A stretch of DNA of 64,000 bases from the human T2T-CHM13v2.0 reference genome, Homo sapiens: assembly GCF_009914755.1 (NCBI RefSeq), contig NC_060935.1; one strand, 5' to 3'. Shown one piece after another: positions 16,094 to 30,081 of the stretch; the first letter of the stretch is position 1; each line of letters begins with the position of its first letter. The notes beneath the pieces were generated by a model. It did not search any database, had not been told where the DNA came from, and saw nothing but the letters and a program-made list of their open reading frames with translations. A program made the position numbers and the translations under genes.

Positions 16094-17015
16094 TGTTGGG
16101 ACTCAGAAAACAATACCCCAAAATGAAGGTCTAGGAAACAGAAGTTTTTCTCTGACCTTTTGCCCTCCTGTCTCCAATTCTCCCCTGGGGTAGCCATAGA
16201 AACTAAAACCGCTCTTCCCCAGGTCATCAAAACCAGAACCTCTTTTTCTCACAGCCAGCCATAAACTAACTTTCTCTCCATCTCTCCACTTTTTTCTTTT
16301 TTTTTTTTTTGAGATAGAGTCTTGCTCTGTTGCCCTGGCTGGAGTACAGTGGTGTGATCTCGGCTCACTGAAAACTCCGCCTCCCCGGTTCAAGCGATTC
16401 TCGTGCCTCAACCTCCCGAGTAGCTGGGGCTACAGGCACACACCTCCAGGCCTGGCTAATTTTTGTATTTTTAGTGGAGACAGAGTTTCACCATGTTGCC
16501 CAGGCTGGTCTCAAACTTCTGGCTTCAAGTGATCCTTCTGCCTTGGCCTCCCAAAGTGCTGGAATTACAGGCGTGAGCCACTGCACCTGGCCTCCTTCCA
16601 CCTTTCTATGTAAAAAGTTGCCACAAATAAATTATCTGACTACTTTGTTTGACTGTAGGTATAAGACCTCCATTCCAGAGAGGGTTCTGCCCCATACTCA
16701 GAAGGAAGGAATGCATGCTTAGAAAGGCCAAGAAGAATCTGGACACACAGGCCTTGCTGTGTTTCCCCTACTCACTCTGCTAACATTAGATCATACTCTT
16801 TCTGTCTAATCATATTTATGTATGGCTATCCATAGTTTGTTGAACCTAAGCATAAAAATGGACAATTTCCCCTGTATCTTTGGGTCTTCATTCTGAAGGC
16901 CCCTATGTATACATATTAAATAAATTTGTATTTCTTATCTCCAACTAACCTGCCTTTTGCAAGTTGATTTTTCAGCGAAACTTCAGAGGGCCAAGGGGAA
17001 CTCTTGGCCCCTACA
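16094..17015 (+). mobile_element. ERV1 MER4-group solo LTR (MER39/MER72/MER93-like) interrupted by a minus-strand Alu (16290-16592)
   Basis: TGTTGGGACTCAGAAAACAATACCCCAAAATG start, ..TTGGCCCCTACA end. Confidence 0.8.
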
Positions 17016-17271
17016 CACCTTTGAGGGAGAATATTTGGCATTTCAAGAATTAGTTGAGTAGATTTAATTATAAGAATCTCTGTATTCAGAATTCCTGGCT
17101 TCTAATACAAAATCCCCTAATTCAGAGTCTGAAACATGCTATATACTAGAAAAATATCAATTCATGTCCCCTAAGACTGTGCCCTTATCCCCATCTTCGG
17201 AACTTATATGACATCTTGGCCTATAACTTGGATCTTCCTCTTCTCTTTCCTTTGTTTAAAAATAAAATGGC

Positions 17272-17274
<3 letters not shown>

Positions 17275-17315
<41 letters not shown>
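17275..17315 (+). repeat. (CA)n microsatellite
   Basis: Directly visible. Confidence 0.97.
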
Positions 17316-17316
<1 letters not shown>

Positions 17317-19965
17317 CCTCCTTAATTGAAGTCCCATTAACTATAAATTCATGAAACATAAACAGGACTGAAGTTTATTTCTGAAAGATTACTAAGGTAA
17401 AGAAAGTTGCAAGAACATTGAATGCTGAAAACTAAAATGTGCTTAAAAGACATCACTTTAGAAGGATCAACCTACTGCACACATAGTCACTATGCTAATT
17501 ATAAGCCCTTGTCAGCTCTAGTCACAAAACTGGCCCTCCCAGAACACCCACCTAGCTAAATTTTCACCTGGCTTGAGTTACTATTTGTATTGAAGAGTAT
17601 AAAAATTGCATTTCTTTGAAAACATTCCGTAAGTCAGACGTTTCTTCTCCCAGGTTAGTTTCAATAAGCAAGGTTTGGCAGAGCAGCCCAGAGAAAGGAA
17701 TTGAACCAAAGCAAAGCCAGGTATGCACTTTACTCATTTTCACCTTTCATTTTACAAAGAAGAGGGACTCTAATCTTTGGATTTGCCTAATGTATTTTGA
17801 CAGCATGATCCTAGCTGCTCTTACAAAGATGCTGAATCCCAGGACGATCCTCCACTGGAGCCATTATGCCTTTCCCCCTACACCTTTTAAGCATGGCATC
17901 CTCCACAGACAATTATTCTTATATAGATAAGGCAGGCTATATTTTAAGAATTTCTGAGTTCAATCAGCATAATGGGTATACTGCAGGGGAGACACATTTT
18001 AAAGTGTTATTACCAGATGAGTATTTCCCAAATCCCTAAGTCATAAGGATAGAGACAGCAATTTATAAAGAGTATAGCAAAAAGTGCATTTCATAAAATG
18101 GATTGAACTTCATGAATTTCAATGTGGCAGGATATTCACTCTGCTGTTCTGCCATTACCAAACAAGATGCTTGTTATAAAAAAGAAATATGCATGACTGT
18201 TGAGGATGTTGCTTTATTAATGACCGTGTTCTGCATGCTGTGAAATACTTCACTGGAATGTCACCTGCACTGAAAGATATACACAAACTTTCTCACTAAA
18301 TTATCTTACTGAAGACATTCAGAATTTGCTAACTCCACAAATCCCCAAATAAAAAAGCCAGCTTAACAAGCTCCCATGTCTTTAAATTTAAAGTGGGAAT
18401 AAAAATACCAGAACCCTGACATGTAGGGATGATCCTTTTCCAGTGAGTTGTAAGATAGTTCTCTTTATTTAATTGCTCCAGTTCAGTTAAGTTTAATAAG
18501 CAAAAGCTGTGTAAAAAGCCAAGTGACTTATATTTTTAATCTGAGAATATATGATTGCCTTATGAAGTATTGTTAGAAGTAAAAATGCACGGTGCTTATT
18601 AGTCTGAAGATAATGAGCAGCAATTCTATAGAGGGGGCCGGGATTTCCTCTGCTGGGGGTTGGTGGGGGGACAGTGTATGTATGAACAGAATATACGTGC
18701 TTCCTTTCTGAGAGTAACCATTCCTCCTGAGCTCTTGGTTTTTACCTTTTCCAGGCTTTTTCAGGATTTAGTTCTTTTTTAATATATCGTCAGTCTCTCT
18801 TTTTTCTACTGGCTCCTCCCCCTCAGCCTATAATTCTGCTCAAATCTGCCTCAGCTTGAAAATCTTTCATTTGTCCTTTCACAATAGTATAAGGTCCATG
18901 CCTAAAATAAATCCTTATTCCATAGTATTCACAGTGGGTCAGCTTCCCTGACTGGACCCTGTCTGCTACACCTGCCCCCTCCCCTCCTTTCCAGTGCCTT
19001 TATCTTCAGCACTCAAACCCTCGTAGTAATGGCCTAACTGCTTCCTCTCCCATCAGTGCATCTTGACCAATGCTGCCAGCCTCATCTTTATCATGATATT
19101 CAAAGGATGAAGGGTATCTACCCATTGCCTGCAAAATACAATCTGAAGCGTGGTCAGGATCCTAACTTTCCAGGTTTATCTCCCACATTCTTACATGAAT
19201 ATTTTCTGCCAAATTGATCTAATCACTGTCACCTGAAACTCCTTGTTCTTACCCACTCTACCTATTCCTTGACTTCACTTACCATCTTTCCTTCCACGGT
19301 ATACTTCTGATTCATTTGTTCAAAGCCAATACATCCTGGAGATGCCAGTTCAAACCCCCTCCTCCTCTGCAAAGACTTTTCTGTCTCAGCTAGAACTGAT
19401 TGCTGTTTATGGAGCAACTTCCTAAAGTAATTAGAGCCTTCTCTTGACATGTCTTTTCTATTATATGGGCCAAAATGCTGATTCTAAAAACACTTTTCCA
19501 TTTGACACAAGATGAAACTATAATACAGAATTTCAATTTTAGTAGACCTCAGTCACCACTAAAAAGGAAACAAGCACTATTTAATGTTGAAATATATTTT
19601 CAAACAGAATAAAACATATTACTTATATGAAATGTTATAACCCTCTGTCTTCTAACATGAACTGAACTCTCCTCCCTTTTGATCAGTGCTGAAGATTCAG
19701 CTAACACAGCCAGTGAGGTCAGAAGGGCCAGGGCCAAGGATGTGTGGGGTCAGACTGGTGGAGGTGGGAATGAAGAGACATCCTGCACGGTCAGGAGGTC
19801 GCCTACATACAGAGGGATGGAGAAAATAAGTAAATGTGTTGATGATGATTGGAGAGGGGAAGACTAGAACAAACTTACAGTGATTGGTTAGAATTAGAGG
19901 TGTTGGTATGAACTCACATATTTGTAAATACAGAAATAGATGTGTATGTGTGCATGTGTGTGTGT

Positions 19966-20299
19966 GTTGCAGATTGGGCTCTCTAGAAGCAAATGCTGAG
20001 ATGAACTTAGGTGTGTAGGGTATTATTAGGGATCGAAATATGTGGAAGCAAACGTATTAGGCAGAAGAAATTGAACTGCAATGCAGGCTCAAGAGAGCTT
20101 TGGCCAACCCCATTCTTGAGCATGTGTGGCCTGTCAGAGTTGTTCCTCATTGGACCAAAATGACCAGCCTTTATAATCTTTTCCTAATCAGTATAAGATG
20201 TGCACTACCCCAGGCAAGGTGTGACACTAGGCAAGGCAATTCTTTGCAACAAGTCCTCTCTTAAAGGAGTCTCTGAGAGATACATGATTGTGTCCACCA

Positions 20300-20300
<1 letters not shown>
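19966..20300 (-). mobile_element. LTR16-like ERVL LTR
   Basis: tgttgcagattgggctctctagaagcaaatgctgagatg..gggcagaag..ttgaactgcaatgcagg pattern. Confidence 0.72.
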
Positions 20301-20342
<42 letters not shown>

Positions 20343-21293
20343 CCTATATTTCCTAGCTCTGAGAAGGCCTAGAAGCAATGAAACTACAGTAGAATGAGCA
20401 TATCTACTGCCCAGATCCTGGTTGCTAAATAACATTCTCCACTCAAAGAAACCAAGGATCCTTGGAAAATAGCTCATTCCAAGGCTGACACAGGGAAAGA
20501 AGAAGATGACTGGAATATCTTCTGCCAGAAAGCAAGGAATTGATCCACGAGTGATAAGGACCTGTCAAAAGGACACCATCCCAAAGAGGCTCAACTTAGC
20601 CAAATCCACAATGTTTTGCCATCAAAACAAATAATGATAGTATATTATAACCCACTGCATAAAATAGAAATCCATGAGACCATATTAATATAAATGAAGA
20701 AATTGGGGAGAAGGGAAGTATCTACCTTACAGTAGAATGACAACTAGTAATATTAGAAGGGTTAGTGAAATTTTAAAAATCACTCTTTGGCAACCATAAT
20801 AGAAATAATCGATTCAGACAAGAATCACCAAAAGATACTAAAACCAGTAGGTAAAAGTTTAAGGAGGATTGGGTATTTAAATAGTCTCAATGTAGTCTCT
20901 CCATAAAATGCCTATTAATTACTTATTAAATAAGGTATAATATATTCTTTATCTTGACAGCAGAGAAACATGGCTAGACACCGTCTTATCAAGTGATAAA
21001 AATTAACACCTAAGTGAAATTCAAAAAAGAAAGAAAGAAGGTGAACGTCTCTAGTAATGGGGCAAGTCATCATCACACGCTCCTGAGATGAGGCACTGCA
21101 AAGAGCACAGTGTCACTTCTGTGAAATTCCTGCCACAGAGGGCATACACTGAATATAAATGTGAAGAAGTAGCAGACAAACCCAAACTGAAGGCCATGCT
21201 ACAAAGTACCTGCTCTGTACTTGTAAAACAAACAAACAAACAAAACAAACATAGTCATGAAACACAAGGAAAGACCGAGGAATGAGGAACGGT

Positions 21294-21493
21294 CAGTGGT
21301 ACATTGGAGCCAGCTGGTACTGGCTCTGCCCCACTCTAGAAAACTGATGCTGATCCCAACTGTGCAGTTCAGTGCCACAAAGCTGGTAACCTGAAATCAG
21401 CCAGAATGGGAATATTCACACCATAATCATTGGCAGCCACTACAAATCAGACCCCCTACCCCACCACATAAGCAGTTTAGCAGCACACCACAG
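21294..21493. mobile_element. MER63A-like hAT MITE
   Basis: Decayed TIRs CAGTGGTACATTGG / CAGCACACCACAG; ggaacggt/ggaagggt 8-bp TSD-like flanks. Confidence 0.78.
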
Positions 21494-21802
21494 GAAGGGT
21501 TCCCAGCTGAAGAGACTAAGGACTCAGACAGCTAAATGCAACACGTGATCCTGGAACTATAAAGGACATTATTGGGATTATCAGAGAAATATGATTGGGC
21601 TCTGAGGTAGTATTTACATGCATACCAATTAATACAATAGTATCGATTACATGGTAGTATTGTATTAATGTTACTTTCCTGATTTTGATGACTGTACTCT
21701 GGTTATATAAGAGGGTGTCCTTGTCTTTAGGACATATACATTGATGTGTTAAGGAGTAAGAGATATATCTGCAACTTATTCTCAAAGGTTTAAAAAAAAC
21801 TA

Positions 21803-21981
21803 TCTAGGTGCAGTGGTGCGTACCTGTAGTCCCAGCTACTTGAGAGGCTGAGGTGAAAGTTTCCCTATAGCGCACGAGTTTGAGTCCAGCCTCAACATGG
21901 CAAGGTCCCTCTTTTTGTTTTAAGAGGCAGGGGCAACATAGCAAGGCCCTTGCCTCTTAAAACTAAAAAAAAAAAAAAAAA
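21803..21981 (+). mobile_element. Alu monomer (FLAM-like) with internal micro-rearrangement
   Basis: ggtgcagtggtgcgtacctgtagtcccagctacttgagaggctgagg plus A tail. Confidence 0.75.
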
Positions 21982-22350
21982 CGCTAAATATATAAATACA
22001 TTTAGAGAAAGCATGAAAGGCAAAGGTGGTAAAATATTAATATCAAATTAGGAAATTAGGGATTAGGAAAGAAATAAAGGGTATATGAGAGTTCATTTTA
22101 CTATTAGTGCATCTTTTCTATGAATTTAAAATTATTTCAAAAAATTATTAAGGAATTATATTTCGATCAAGTGCCAGTCTATGGCTCTCTTCCTTTTCTG
22201 CTGGAAGCTCAACCCCTTTCTCATTCAACAAAGTTAGAGAAATGCCAAAGGAGGAAACAGTGACTTTAGGAAGTGCTCATTTGCAGTACTGTGTAACTAA
22301 ATGCTATCTCTGCTGGGCTGTTGTCCTCCTCTTTAGAAATATTTTGCTGT

Positions 22351-23468
22351 ATACCATTCAGGACATAGACATGGGTAAGGACTTCATGGCTAAAACACCA
22401 AAGCAATGGCAATAAAAGCCAAAATTGACAAATGGGATCTAATTAAACTAAAGAGCTTCTGCACAGCAAAAGAAACTACCATCAGAGTGAACAGGCAACC
22501 GACAGAATGGGAGAAAATTTTTACAATCTACCCATCTGACAAAGGGCTAATATCCAGAATCTACAAAGAACTTAAACAAATTTACAAGAAAAAAATCAAA
22601 CAACCCCATCAAAAACTGGGTGAAAGATATGAACAGACACTTCTCAAAAGAAGACATTTATGCAGCCAACAGACACATGAAAAAATGCTCATCATCACTG
22701 GCCATCAGAGAAATGCAAATCAAAACCACAATGAGGGAGATACCATCTCACGCCAGTTAGAATGGTGATCATTAAAAAGTTAGGAAACAACAGGTGCTGG
22801 AGAGGATGTGGAGGAATAGGAATGCTTTTACACTGTTGGTGGGACTGTAAACTAGTTCAACCATTGTGGAAGACAGTGTGGCAATTCGTCAAGGATCTAG
22901 AACTAGAAATACCATTTGACCCAGCCATCCCATTACTTGTTATATACCCAAAGGATTATAAATCGTGCTGCTATAAAGACACATGCACACATATGTTTAT
23001 TGTGGCACTATTCACAATAGCAAAGACTTGGAACCAACCCAAACGTCCAACAATGATAGACTGGATTAAGAAAATGTGGCACATATACACCATGGAATAC
23101 TATATAGTCATAAAAATGATGAGTTCATGTCTTTTGTAGGGACATGGATGAAGCTGGAAACCATCATTCTGAGCAAACTATCACAAGGACAGAAAACCAA
23201 ACACCACATGTTCTCACTCATAGGTGGGAACTGAACAATGAGAACACTTGGACACAGGGTGGGGAACATCACAAACTGGGGCCTGTTGTGGGGTGGGAGG
23301 ACGTGGGAGGGATAGCATTAGGAGAAACACCTAAGGTAAATGACGAGTTAATGGGTGCAAGCACACCAATATGGCACATGTATACATATGTAACAAACCT
23401 GCACGTTGTGCACATGTACTCTAGAACTTAAAGTACAATTTAAATAAATAAATAAATAAATAAATAAA
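22351..23468 (+). mobile_element. 5'-truncated L1PA element, about 1.1 kb
   Basis: [19 protein letters not shown]..; (TAAA)n tail; TSD AAATA(T/C)TTTGCTGT at 22337-22350 and 23469-23482. Confidence 0.96.
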
Positions 23469-23689
23469 AAATACTTTGCTGTTTCCTTTTGGTTTGGTCT
23501 GGTTTGGCTTAATAGATACTAAGATACGGTAGTGTAATATTCTCAACCTTCATTACTAGATATTAAATATTATTTATTAAAATGCTAATAATTCACTAGT
23601 TTAAAAATTAAAAGTTGAGCCTCTAATAAATTCTTAAACAATTCAATTTAATGAACAGAAATAAAAAGGAGAGCAGGAATTTTTCCAAA

Positions 23690-23808
23690 ATTTTTTCTTC
23701 CTTCCTTCCTTCCTTTTTTCCTTTTTTCCTTCCTTCCTTCCCTCCCTCCCTCCCTCCGTCCTTGTTTCCTTCCTTCCTTCTTCCTTCCTTCCTTCCCTCC
23801 TTCCTTCC
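23690..23808 (+). repeat. (TTCC)n polypyrimidine tract
   Basis: Directly visible. Confidence 0.95.
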
Positions 23809-25136
23809 TGTGGTGAATAAGCACTGTGTGTATGCTTAATCATCTCAAGCAGATTCAGAACTCCCTGAGACTTACACTTCTTTTGTCTCCCACTACACCT
23901 ACCTGCAGTATCAGCCTTTTACATGGGTAATTGGGTTGCTGAATGAGACAACAGAGTTTACTGCTAATGCTGAAAAACCAGTGAGCCCCTTGGGGACAAT
24001 AATCTGAATTGTCACCATAATTAATCAGAGAGTCAGGATGGAACCAAGTCCTGACAAAGAGTCCAGTGATCTGATGGGAATAAAGGTCTTCTCCACCTAT
24101 CCCGTTGTCGCAAAGCAATTTATAGGAGAAAGTAGGAATGTGATGTGAAGGGCTTGCTGTGAACCATTTAGCAACATTTTTTTCTTAGGCTGTCCAGGTT
24201 TGTCAAATGCTCTCAACCTGACATTTAAGAGGGCCCTGCTGTGTTTCTCTTTAGGGAAGACTAATAATGCCAATCAGGAATTTCTATGCCTGTTTACTTG
24301 TAGTCAGATCAGTTCAGTTCCCTCTATTCCTTAAGTTCAAAAAGAGGCAAAGGAGAAAGTTCAGGGTTGGTTACACGAATAATTAACAAGATCTGCTGCT
24401 CTGTAAGTGCATTTGCAAGGGAACCACCAGTCACCTAAGAGTGCCTGGGAGGAGCCGCCTAGGAGGATGCATGCCCACTGATTCTAGCAGCTTTCTCCCA
24501 GCTTGTGGGCCTAAGCATGGACAACGAGTAGTAGCCTTGGGCTTGACCATCAAGGGTGGCCTTTCTGGCAAAAACACATAGAACTCACACTAACAAATTG
24601 TGTGTCCACTATTGTTAACTCATAAATATAGATATTAAATCATACTATCACATTGGGGATTAGGAAGAAAAAGAGAAAAATTTAAAATCAACTTAACTTT
24701 TTTCAATCTTTAGAACATATTTTTCTCTGCATTTTGGTAACTCCCTAGTGACATTGCAAATGAGGTGCTTTTGCAATAGGGCCTTCGGGTTTGTAAGTAT
24801 TGCTTAGGGAGCAGGAGGAAGCATTTAGGGCTGTTTCTGTTCCCCTCTCTCAGACTAAACCTCCCCCCAACCATAGAAGTATGTTCAAATTAGCCAACAA
24901 TTAAAAATTTTGATTGAGGATAATTTATGGATAGTAAAACAATTAAAAATTTTAATTATTTTAATTATATTCAGTAAATACTATCACAGGAGGGATAAAT
25001 CAAGGCATATTGGTATTTATCCTCTAAAATACCATTGTTTTATATCTCAAAACTTCCCCTTTTCCCTAATGATTTATACACATTAACTAGCAATTTCTTG
25101 CAAATACAGTGTGCCTTAAATTATTGTTTTATGTAA

Positions 25137-25435
<299 letters not shown>

Positions 25436-26487
25436 TATTGCTTTATGTAAACAAAAAAGCAGAAACTGTGGAATATAACCCTTTCAGCACATCCTACAGA
25501 TTTAATTTTAAATGTTCGATCAGGTGTTTTATACATGTTATGAATGAGTATAACTTTTTAAAAATTCCTATATTAAAATTATTCTTATTCTTCTGTCACC
25601 TTTTTGTAGCTGGTTATGTTTAGCAACCATTTAAAATACCCTTTAATTACATAATGCCAATCAAAATCTTGTCACGGTGGGCCGTGTGAGAGTCCTAGTC
25701 CTTAATCAACATTGCATTGTTTCTAATTTCACTTCCAAAGTATATTCTCATCTGGAGTGACAACATGTAAAAAAAAAAAATTCTTACATTTCACATCTCA
25801 CACTTACAATCTAAACTGCACGGGACACAGTGGTAATCAGACTATATTGTTTCAATCCTAAATCTAACAGTAGGAGGACATGGGGCTCCTAATGGAAAGA
25901 ATTAATCAGGGGCTTTTTTTGGTATTCATGGAAGGGGGAGATAATCTTTCTGCAGAGTGACATCCTTTTGAGAGAGCTCAGCTTCTGGCTGTGAAACCCA
26001 TTCCCATGTGATTTCTTTCTAACAAGCCAGAAAGCTGCTTTAATCTTTAAACATGAAGGATCCTGCTTACAGTATCAAAGGTAGGCAAGTTCTCTTACTG
26101 AGGTTCAAAAGCAGATAATAATAAGAACCCAGTTGCTACTGTCAGGCTGATGTCAGGTCTGAAATCACTTTTCACTTGATTGAGCTATTTTGTCCTCAGA
26201 ATCACTTTGTTCCTTTTGGCTGGATTTCCACCAGCCCCTAATTGTGAGCAGCACATCGATGCTTCCCCAGTGGCTTCATGTCAGAAGTTAGAGCCTCTGC
26301 ATAGTAGACATGTTATTTAATATCCAGACTCCGTGTAGCCCAGGGATAGCCAGGTAGTTCTTCTCCACGGTGCTCCAGGATCACTTGCCCTGCTGCCCCA
26401 GGGGCACGCAACTCCCCAGCACGGCTCAGGGAGGAGGTCCACTCCAACCAGGCAGGTAACCAGGATGCCAGGCTTTTCTTTTCTTTT

Positions 26488-26709
26488 AAGGGATGAATTC
26501 TTCCTTCCTCTGCCTTTTATTTTATGTACACCCTCAACAAATTGGATGATGCCCACCCACCTTGGGGATGGCAATCTCCTTTACTGAGTCCCCCAATTCA
26601 AATGCAAATGTCCTCTGTAAACACAGTCAAGACACTCCAGAGTAATGTTTAAACACATATCTGGCACCCTGTGGCCTATTCAAATTGACATATAAAATTA
26701 ACCATCACA
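26488..26709 (-). mobile_element. MLT2-type ERVL LTR, first ~220 bp only
   Basis: Minus strand begins TGTGATGGTTAATTTTATATGTCAA (MLT2 start) and stops at the A-rich tail/TSD. Confidence 0.88.
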
Positions 26710-29700
26710 AGTTTACCCTTGTCAACTTGGCACCCATACACATCTCCTTAAACCATACGTAACTGCCACATAAAGACAATAACAAGGTCATAATTCCATC
26801 TAACATGATTAACAATCCAGCATTCTACCAGAAACACACGAACCCATTTCCCAGAAGGGAAGGTAAAGTCTTCATGTGATATTTACTCTCTCCTTGATAT
26901 CCCATAACTTAAATAATATGATGTAAAATTAATCAAGGTTGAACATTGGAGCTAGTTTTAAAAATTAACAATATTTAAACACTATGCTATAAAATCAATG
27001 CATCTTATGTTACAGAATAAGGAAATGAGAAGAAAGAAAACAAAGCTACACACACACAAAATGGAGTCATAGCAAAATATGGAGGACGACAATCACAGTC
27101 TGTTTCTGTAACTGGTCATACGATCAAAGCTAGTATTTCTTCCACCACTTATTCTGTATTCCCTTTGCCTTCAGCAAGCACCTCATCTGGTCATGGTATT
27201 TACCCAGTGGTGACCCAAACCTTTATTCCTGAAAGGTCTGAGTCATTAGTGGTCCTGTCTGAATTAGGTTGTAGTTTTCCACTGACCTTAATCACAGGGC
27301 ATGGTAACATTAAGAGATGCCCTAAGGAATCTCGTGTCTTTCTGACATAGTTTTCCTTACCACCATCTGGGGGTAGTCCAGTTTCTACTTGGTAGTCAGG
27401 AACAATCACCCAGCCAGCACTGTAATTCATTTGTCTATTGAGTTAGAGACATGAGAAGCACAAAATGGCTGAGGAGCAGTCTTAAACTTGCAGTTCAATT
27501 AAATCATTATTGTGTCTCTCAGAGGAAAACTTTCCACCCTATGTAAGACCTCTAGGCCAGCAGAGCATAAGTCATGGGAACAGGAAGCAAAAATTGTACT
27601 AGTGGGTCACTAGGGCTAATAGCGAATGGTGTCCCACCTACTTTGACCCCTTGATTCCTGAACCTGTGAATCCCAGTCTTAAGAGAAATGCACCATATAC
27701 TGGATGCTGATTCAGAGCATAGACAGCCTTCTAGAGAACCTTGTCCCAGCCCTACAAGGCACTGCTATATAGCTGGTGCGATTACTGTCTTCAAAATGTC
27801 ATTCCACTGCTCTATGTAGCCAGTTGATTCAGGATAGTAGGGAACATGGTAAGACCAGTTAATTCCATGAGCATGGGCCCACTGCCACACTTTTGCTGTG
27901 AACTGAGTTCCTTGTAATGCTGTGTGGAATACCATGGTCGTAGATGAGACATTCTGTAAGTCCACGGATGGTAGTTTTAGTAGAAGCATGGCGCGAAGGG
28001 AAAGCAAATCTGTATCCAGAGTAAGCGCTATTTCAGTAAGGAAAAAACACTATCCCTTCAACGATGGAGGTGGATCAATGTAATTAACCTGCCACTAGGC
28101 AGCTGACTGATGACTCTAGGGAATGGTGTCATAATCAGGGGCTCAGTGTTGGTCTCTGCTGCTGGCAGACGGGGGACTCATAGGTAGCCTTGGCCAGGTC
28201 AGCCTCAGTGAGTAGAAGTCCACATTGCTGAGCCCATGCACAACCTCTATCCTTGTCACCATGGCTACTTTGTTCATGAGACAACTGAGTGATGATGGGG
28301 TGGCTGGAGAAAGAGGCCTACTGGTATCCACAGAACAGGTTATCTTGTCCACTTTATTAAAATCCTTCTTTGCTAACCCTTTGGTGAGCATTCACATAGG
28401 GCACAAATATCTTCACCCTTTTTGCCCATTCAGTATCTATCCACACACCTCATCTCCAAATTTCTTTGTCACCAATTTTCCAGTTACGTTCAACTCCCTG
28501 ACCATCCAGCCAAATCACTGGCCACAGCCTATGAATTGGCATATAATTGAATATCTAGCCATTTTTCCTTCTAAGCAAAGTCAACCAGGGGGACTGCTCA
28601 AAATTCTGTCCACTGGGAGGATTTCCCTTCACCACTGTCCTTCAAGGTAGCCCAGAGATGAGCTGTAGTGCTGCAGCTGTCCACTTTTGGGTGGTACCTG
28701 CATATCATACAGAATCCTCTGTAAACCAGGCCTAAGTCTTCTCTTTCTCTGTCAGCTGATCGCAGGGAAGTTCCCATGAAGTCATAGATGCAGGCTGGAA
28801 GAGAGAAGGCAGATAGCAGAAGTGGGAACTATGGAAATTTGGCTTACTTCTTCATGTAACTTCCTTGTGCCTTCAGGGCCTGCTCAGGCCCAATCATGTG
28901 TATACCATTTCCATCTGATGAAGGAGTGTTGCTGTGCATATCCAACTTTGTGTGTTGGTGGCTCAGATAACAACCAGTTCATGATGGGCAGCTCAGGTTG
29001 CATGGTAACTTGGTGACTCATTAAGTATCAGTCTCTACTAAGGCCCAGTAGCAGGCCAAGAGCTATTTCTCAAAAAGAGACTAGTTATTTGTTGGTAATG
29101 GCAGGGTTTCGCTCTAAAATCCTAAACCAAGATTCACCTATAGGGACCTCCCAGAAGCTTTAAACAGCATCCCTATCTGCCACTGCCACTTAAACACCAC
29201 TGGATCTGCTGGATCATATGACCAAGTGGCAGAGCAGGTTGCACAGCAGCCTGGACCTATTGCAGAGACTTTTCTTGTTCTGGGCCCTACTCAAAACTAG
29301 CAGCTTTTTGAGTCAATTGGTAAATGGGCTGGAGTAACATAATGAAATTGGGAAATGTTGCCTCCAAAACCCAAACAGGCCCACTAAGTATTGTGCCTCT
29401 TTCTTGGTTGTAAGAGCAGCAAGATGCAACTACTTATCCTTCACCTTAGAAGAAATATTCCAACATGCCCCATGTCACTGGATCTCTACCAATTTCACTA
29501 AGGTAGAAGGTCCTTGAATTGTAGTCATATTTATTTCCTTCCCTCTGATGCAAATGTCTTTCCACTAAGTCTAGTGTAGTTTCTACTTCTTGCTCACTAG
29601 GTCAAATCAACATAATGTCATTAATATAACCAATCAGTGTAATATTTTGTGGAAGGGAAAGGCAATCAAGATCTCTATGAACTAAATTATGACATAGAGT

Positions 29701-29815
29701 TGGAGAGTTGATATACACCGGAGATACAACAATGAAGGTGTATTGCTGGCCCTGCCATCTGAAAGCAAACTGCCTTTATGGACTGGTATGAAAAAAAAGA
29801 CATTTGCCAGATCAA
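26710..29815 (-). mobile_element. Degenerate ERVL internal region (RT, RNase H, integrase, dUTPase-like remnants)
   Basis: Minus-strand remnants IDLANVFF (~29790-29815), IGYINDIML (decayed YIDD, ~29610-29635) and integrase-like WSYHVPYYPESTGYIEQWNDILK (ORF 27765-28007); PPT-like junction to TGTGATGGTT LTR start at 26709. Confidence 0.9.
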
Positions 29816-30081
29816 TTCTGTTGCCTTACTAAATAATGCTGAAATAAATATTTCATACATAACTTTTATATTTAAAATGCAAATTATAAATATAAGATAC
29901 ATATTTACTTATACTTGTGCAAATAATTCTATAGGCCTGAGTGAAAGGGAATGTTCCACCTTTCTACCTTTTTTTTAATGACAAATTTCTGATAAAATTC
30001 CTTTTTACCTAATGAATGACTTCAGTTTCAAGATATGCTAAATGCATTCAGTTTCCAGTAGCACTGGGCACACATTGTATG

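Larger units (their letters stand above)
19770..22150 (+). mobile_element. Old L1MC-type 3'UTR region, fragmented by later insertions
   Basis: ggcctagaagcaatga..cccagatcctggttgctaaata; ctaaatgcaacacgtgatcctgga; ttaatgttactttcctgattttgatg. Confidence 0.8.

Noticed and set aside
17600-18900. Possible promoter or exon in repeat-poor DNA (GGGATTTCC NF-kB-like site ~18639, CAG|GTATGC ~17720)
   Set aside because: Short motifs expected by chance; no CpG island or coherent exon structure, and conservation cannot be assessed without alignments.
26710-30081. Short pseudogene inserted into a resident ERVL
   Set aside because: ERVL does not resume beyond 30756, and the only clear TSD encloses the ERVL as well.
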